A stretch of DNA of 21,753 nt, from NCBI GenBank assembly GCA_039630055.1, contig JBCNVN010000025.1:1-21753 (forward strand), in the 5' to 3' direction. The notes beneath the pieces were generated by a model, which saw nothing but the letters and a program-made list of their open reading frames with translations, was not told the DNA's origin and did not search any database. Within the stretch, counting starts at the first letter, position 1; every line of letters begins with the position of its first letter. This stretch comes from Candidatus Caldarchaeales archaeon. GTDB lineage: Archaea; Thermoproteota; Nitrososphaeria_A; Caldarchaeales; Wolframiiraptoraceae. Both the position numbers and the translations under genes were made by a program. Positions 17,170-21,753 of the stretch are shown in pieces.

Positions 17170-17676
17170 TTATAGTGAATTTTCATTGTGATGGTTAGGA
17201 TTGCCAGCCATCTTCTCATAGAACCTCTGAGATACCTTCAATATCGCGGTAATTATCTGATGATATGCTCCACATCTACATATGTTTCCTAGAAGAGCTT
17301 CCTTTATATCATCTACAGTTGGTCTAGGATTTATATCTAAGAGAGCTTTTGCAGATAATAATATTCCAGGAGTGCAGAATCCACACTGGAGAGCAAATTC
17401 TTCTATGAATGCTTCTTGAAGTGGATGTAGTTTACCATCTTTCGCCAATCCCTCAACTGTCAATACTGTTTTACCATCTATCTTTGGAGCAAGTATAAGA
17501 CAGCTGTTCACAGGTTTGCCATCTATGAGAACGGTGCACGTACCACATTCTCCAACCTCACATCCACGTTTAACGCTCGTTATTCTAAGTTCATCTCTGA
17601 GTAAGTCCAATAGAAGAGTATTCGGTGCAACATCAACCTCGACCATCCTACCATTTAAGTTAAACTTAATCTTCAA
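17170..17676 (-). CDS. second 2Fe-2S small subunit (CoxS/CutS family), stand-alone
   Basis: GCEVGECGTC, NSC, QCGFCTPG, GNICRCGAY. Confidence 0.93.
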   Translation of the reverse strand: MKIKFNLNGRMVEVDVAPNTLLLDLLRDELRITSVKRGCEVGECGTCTVLIDGKPVNSCLILAPKIDGKTVLTVEGLAKDGKLHPLQEAFIEEFALQCGFCTPGILLSAKALLDINPRPTVDDIKEALLGNICRCGAYHQIITAILKVSQRFYEKMAGNPNHHNENSL

Positions 17677-17772
17677 GAAGATACACCATAACTCTAAAAA
17701 ATTTTATCATACTCAATATAAATATATTCATCTCGAATCTAGATGTAGAGGATTAGATATTAAGTAGATCTC

Positions 17773-17786
17773 GGAAAGCTTATAAA
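17773..17786 (+). promoter_or_regulatory. BRE + TATA for C/D box sRNA
   Basis: GGAAAG-C-TTATAAA ending about 23 nt before the predicted sRNA 5' end. Confidence 0.65.
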
Positions 17787-17808
17787 CAGAGTTTCATATC
17801 TGTATTAT

Positions 17809-17867
17809 TGGGGATGAGGCTGCTGCCCCAGACTGAATTGTGATGGAGGAAGAGCCGAGCCGACCCA
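17809..17867 (+). ncRNA. C/D box sRNA (2'-O-methylation guide), probable 23S rRNA target
   Basis: C GGGATGA 17811-17817, 15-nt guide, D' CTGA 17833-17836, C' GTGATGG 17840-17846, 13-nt guide, D CCGA 17860-17863; TGGG/CCCA ends; GC-rich island; D guide GGAAGAGCCGA is antisense to conserved LSU rRNA UCGGCUCUUCC. Confidence 0.85.
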
Positions 17868-18239
17868 TTATTCACCATATTTCAGAAAGACTTTCATAGG
17901 GAGGACTCTTCTTTCCATATACCATAAACGAGAATAGCATTTGATATGTGCTGATCTCTAATGAATATTTTTAGAGGTTCGATTTTAAAACGATAGAACT
18001 ATCATCTATCTGTAGTTCGAGGATGCCCTATTTTCTAAATATAAAGCATCGTTGATCTTCGCATAACTGTTATGAAGTTGATTTTTAGAAGTTTGAAAAT
18101 GTTTTGAACGTACCTACTATTTCCAACCGTAGAATTTCTTTGAAAGATGTAATGCTGTTAGTCTCTGAATTCTAGATTTATGTATATTTTAATAATCGTT
18201 AAGAGATTTATAGTGGCATTTTAGACATAATTGTGAAAA

Positions 18240-18653
18240 TTGAAGGTGCTAAAAATTAGGTGGCAAAGACTTGTAGAAAATCAACAGACATGCCAGAGAT
18301 GTGAATCTACAGGCGTGGAAGTTGATAAAGCAGCATCTATTCTTCAAGACATTCTTAGACCGTTTGGATTAAAGGTGGTTCTAGAGAAAGTTGAACTTTC
18401 AATTGAGGATTTTCACAAGAATCCTTTAGATTCTAACAAGATTTGGATTAATGAGCAGTTAGTAGAAGATTGGCTTAGAGGGAATGTTGGGAGAAGTCCT
18501 TGCTGCACTGTATGTAGCCCATACGAGTGTAGAACAATTGAATTAAACGGTAAGGTATACGAAACGGTAACCTCAGACTTGATAGTAAAAGCTGGAATGT
18601 TGGCAGCCTTAAACTTGCTCAGTAGGTCATGTTGTGGAGATTGTGGAGAGTGA
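18240..18653 (+). CDS. DUF2703-like Cys-rich thioredoxin-fold protein
   Basis: IRWQRLV...TCQRCESTG, SNKIWIN...EDWL, SPCCTVC...ECRT...YE, C-terminal CCGDC. Confidence 0.8.
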   Translation: MKVLKIRWQRLVENQQTCQRCESTGVEVDKAASILQDILRPFGLKVVLEKVELSIEDFHKNPLDSNKIWINEQLVEDWLRGNVGRSPCCTVCSPYECRTIELNGKVYETVTSDLIVKAGMLAALNLLSRSCCGDCGE

Positions 18654-18950
18654 TTAACTATTATCATCTACCTACTACCAATCGTGAAAATTACTTTTTA
18701 CTTAGTATAACTCCTAGAATCTTCCATTCTATGAATATATGAAATCAACCTTAGTATCAATTTTTATATTGGATTGATAACAGTAAATACTGTCGTTAGC
18801 TATTTCTTATTTAACTCATTAAGAGTGTGAGTTTAAATAGAGAGAGATATTTTGTGTTATTGGCCAATACATGAAGATTCTATACCAATCATCGAAAAAT
18901 TATTGAAACATTTTTACAAAAACTTTTAAGTTTCTTCCATATTATAATAA

Positions 18951-19310
18951 TTGAGTTTTATGGAAGGTTTCGATGATCATCTATTCAAACATGTTAAAAA
19001 TACCTTAATCTATGGTATCGCTTCATTACTTGGACCTTCAGGATTAACCGCTCTCGAATATCACCTAAATAAGAAACTTGGAAGAGATATGTATGAGGTA
19101 TTCTATAATTCTCCATTTATCTTCTATAATGCTTTGAAGAATTTTCTCGGAACAGGTGCAGATGCGATATTGAGAATAGTGGCCACGAAGCTTATTAGTG
19201 AAGGTAGAATAGTAGGGATAACCCCTAAAGAATTCATAGAACTTATGAGTAAAGATGGTGAACCTTTCCGAATAAAGCTTTTGAAAAGCTTCAGAGGTGG
19301 GATGACTTGA
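18951..19310 (+). CDS. small hypothetical protein coupled to the KaiC-like ATPase
   Basis: 119 aa helical; P..FYNALKNFLGTGA pattern; TTGA stop/start overlap with the next gene. Confidence 0.75.
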   Translation: MSFMEGFDDHLFKHVKNTLIYGIASLLGPSGLTALEYHLNKKLGRDMYEVFYNSPFIFYNALKNFLGTGADAILRIVATKLISEGRIVGITPKEFIELMSKDGEPFRIKLLKSFRGGMT

Positions 19311-20719
19311 GAAAACAGATCCTTATCCCAACAGGTATAGAGGACTTGGATGATGTAATAAAAGGTTTTCCAAGAGGAGGATTAATAACCTTGGCAGGTA
19401 ATCCAGGAACTGGCAAATCTGCTCTAGCAGCAACATTTATCTACAATGGTGCATTAAAGTATGGTGAACCTGGTGTATATGCATCGTTCCTAGAAGATGA
19501 AGAAAGATTCTATAATTATATGATGAGTTTCGGGTTAGATCTTAAAACACTAGAAGACAATAATATGTTTAGGTATCTCCCTATACCTACACTTCTAGAG
19601 CCTGGGATGAGTATATCGGCTGCAGAAATAATAGAGACGGTTGAGTCGATTGGTGCAAAGAGGCTTGTCATAGACTCATTCACAGCGATGAAACAGATGT
19701 TCAAGTCTTCTTCAGAGGCCAGAGTCTTCCTCCAATCACTACTATCTAGAGTGGCTAGACAGCTGGAATGTACAACCATACTGATTAAAGAGGTTTCAGG
19801 AGAGGGGGATGAGTTTGGTTATGAAGATTTTATCTCGGATGGAGTAATAGTATTGAAGAGGAAGAACTATGAGGGAAGACTACTTAGAGAGATGAGCATA
19901 GTTAAGATGAGGGGCACTGAGATAAGAAACCCAGAGATGATATTCAGTCTTCATAAAGGCTTCAAACTTTTCAAGCCGAAAAGTTTTGGATCAGAAAACA
20001 TCTTAAGAAGATATGAGCCTCCTCCAGATCCTGAAGGAAGATATACCTCTGGATTCGAAGACTTAGATAGAGAGATAGGTGGATATCCTAGAGGATCTGT
20101 CGTACTACATGAGGTAGACCCTAACTTAAGCATGTATGATCGTCTTCCAATTACTTCACGAGTCTATCTAAGCTATCTTAGCAAAAATAGACCAACGATA
20201 TGGCTTCCAAGCGTTCGCATCAGTCTTGCCCTACTCCATGAAATTCATAAATGGACTAATATTCCAGATGAGATAATTGATCGATATCTCATCATATTAA
20301 GTGATATAGGAAAGGAGGGTGAGAGTCCATCTTATCTTCAGAGAATCGAACTACTGGATCCTGGTCAATTTAATGAGAGCCTCTGGGTCTTAGTTGACAA
20401 GTTCATACGAGAGACCAAGACTCCACCAATGATAGTTCTAGGAATTGATAAGTTAGCCTATAGATTTGGAGAGAATATCTTGGATTCTCTATACTTTGTG
20501 GCCAACATGACTAAGAGTTTAGGCGGGCTAACCGTCTGGATCTATGAACCTATCTATCCATGGATTATTGAACGGGTAGTTCCACTAACCGATTTCCACT
20601 TTAAGATTACCAGATTACATGGAAGGGTAGTTTTTTATGGAGTGAAACCTCTAACCCCGCTTTACGTCGTGGAGCCAGTAGAAACTCATTCAGTTTTAAA
20701 GTTTATACCAATACACTAA
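19307..20719 (+). CDS. KaiC/RAD55/GvpD-family RecA-like ATPase, two domains, second degenerate
   Basis: IPTGIEDLD..GFPRG, Walker A GNPGTGKS, RLVIDS, SDGVI, KMRGT; second domain YTSGFEDLDREIGGYPRGS lacks Walker A. Confidence 0.88.
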   Translation: MRKQILIPTGIEDLDDVIKGFPRGGLITLAGNPGTGKSALAATFIYNGALKYGEPGVYASFLEDEERFYNYMMSFGLDLKTLEDNNMFRYLPIPTLLEPGMSISAAEIIETVESIGAKRLVIDSFTAMKQMFKSSSEARVFLQSLLSRVARQLECTTILIKEVSGEGDEFGYEDFISDGVIVLKRKNYEGRLLREMSIVKMRGTEIRNPEMIFSLHKGFKLFKPKSFGSENILRRYEPPPDPEGRYTSGFEDLDREIGGYPRGSVVLHEVDPNLSMYDRLPITSRVYLSYLSKNRPTIWLPSVRISLALLHEIHKWTNIPDEIIDRYLIILSDIGKEGESPSYLQRIELLDPGQFNESLWVLVDKFIRETKTPPMIVLGIDKLAYRFGENILDSLYFVANMTKSLGGLTVWIYEPIYPWIIERVVPLTDFHFKITRLHGRVVFYGVKPLTPLYVVEPVETHSVLKFIPIH

Positions 20720-21273
20720 CCTCAACGATCATGAAACTAATCAAAAACTAATATGAAGATATTGATAGGGGTTTCGACATAACCTTATTTTCATTCCTCT
20801 GATTTCCATTGTTATGAATGTTCTCGAAATCCTTCCTAACCTCTTCGTCTTTCTGTATGCTCAAAGAGCATGTTAAAATTCTCGAAAAAACACCTGCCCA
20901 TAATCATGTGGCCTCCTATACAAGATTAAGGCTAAGAACATTATCCATATTCCTTGTTTCTTTAATCTCTTCGGATAACCTCTAAGATCTAGAATCTAAA
21001 CCGATCATTGTATTTCTAGAGAACCACGATTTCTTAATATCTATCCTCCAGTATAATTTTAAGATCGCGTCTTTGGATTTTAATATCTTTAATCTTTCCT
21101 TATATTAACATATTTAAACCAGACAATCTAGATAGTCCATAAAGAATATATCAAAACTATCTATTCTTTACTTAATACTTCTTTTCTTTTAATTATAATT
21201 TGTGAATCAGGCAATAAAGTTAAATATATCAAAAATTCTAGTAATCATACAGGAAATCTGAGGGGTTAGAGAT

Positions 21274-21753
21274 ATGGAGACCGAGCAAGTTGGTAGATTA
21301 CCGTTGATAGGAGACAAGATACCTAGTTTTAAGGCGAGAACAAGTAAAGGGGTTATAAACTTTCCAGACGACTTTAAAGGTAAGTGGGTTGTACTCTTCT
21401 CGCATCCAGCAGATTTTACACCCGTCTGCACCACCGAGTTCTATTCATTCCAAAAGAGATATGAAGAATTTAAGAAACTGAATTGCGAGCTTGTAGGGTT
21501 GAGCATCGATCAAGTATTCAGCCACATACAGTGGATAAGATGGATAAGAGAGAAATTGAATACCAAGATAGATTTTCCGATAATTGCTGATGACATGGGT
21601 AGGATCGCCTCTATGTTTGGGATGGTTCACCCGAAGAGGGGGACGAATACTGTTAGAGCAGTCTTCATAATAGATCCCGAGGGAGTGCTTAGAGCAGTAT
21701 ACTACTATCCACCAGAGCTTGGTAGAAACATCGATGAGATAATTAGAGCTGTT
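21274..21753 (+). CDS. peroxiredoxin, Prx6/archaeal type (partial, runs off window; not in ORF track)
   Basis: [14 protein letters not shown]...[20 protein letters not shown]...[37 protein letters not shown]; GAGGGG SD at 21260-21265. Confidence 0.96.
   Translation, partial: METEQVGRLPLIGDKIPSFKARTSKGVINFPDDFKGKWVVLFSHPADFTPVCTTEFYSFQKRYEEFKKLNCELVGLSIDQVFSHIQWIRWIREKLNTKIDFPIIADDMGRIASMFGMVHPKRGTNTVRAVFIIDPEGVLRAVYYYPPELGRNIDEIIRAV

Noticed and set aside
19307-20719. Circadian clock kaiC or gas vesicle locus
   Set aside because: No kaiA/kaiB or gvp genes nearby, and the second domain lacks a P-loop
21532-21549. Tandem TGGATAAGA x2
   Set aside because: Simply encodes WIR-WIR within the peroxiredoxin
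21207-21630. Two minus-strand ORFs (75 and 61 aa)
   Set aside because: Antisense to the peroxiredoxin, which the track missed because it has no stop in the window
1-21753. CRISPR array, tRNA, rRNA, IS or integrase
   Set aside because: No regularly spaced repeats, cloverleaf or recombinase motifs seen on reading the intergenic regions

Overview
AT-rich archaeal chromosomal window (TATA/BRE promoters, many GTG/TTG and leaderless starts; a Tat-signal binding protein with a Thr/Val linker suggests a thermophilic TACK lineage, which is inference). Left to right: a broken polar amino-acid ABC operon (5'-truncated permease, no binding protein in the window); a USP + SDR pair; a minus-strand cluster of a divergent HisD paralogue and a PotABCD-type importer with a divergent HisB (IGPD-fold) gene embedded in it; XdhC, an unannotated 46-aa coiled-coil ORF, a membrane protein, a xanthine-oxidase-family Mo hydroxylase (L-M-S), MocA, an M29 aminopeptidase and a second 2Fe-2S subunit; an unannotated C/D-box sRNA; DUF2703; a KaiC/GvpD-like ATPase with a small partner; and a partial Prx6 peroxiredoxin. 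Best candidate for an undescribed system: the importer + HisD-like + HisB-like (+SDR/USP) module. Both His-pathway paralogues keep catalytic residues but have changed amino-, phosphate- and metal-binding residues, suggesting uptake and salvage/catabolism of an unknown, possibly non-phosphorylated imidazole-type, compound.
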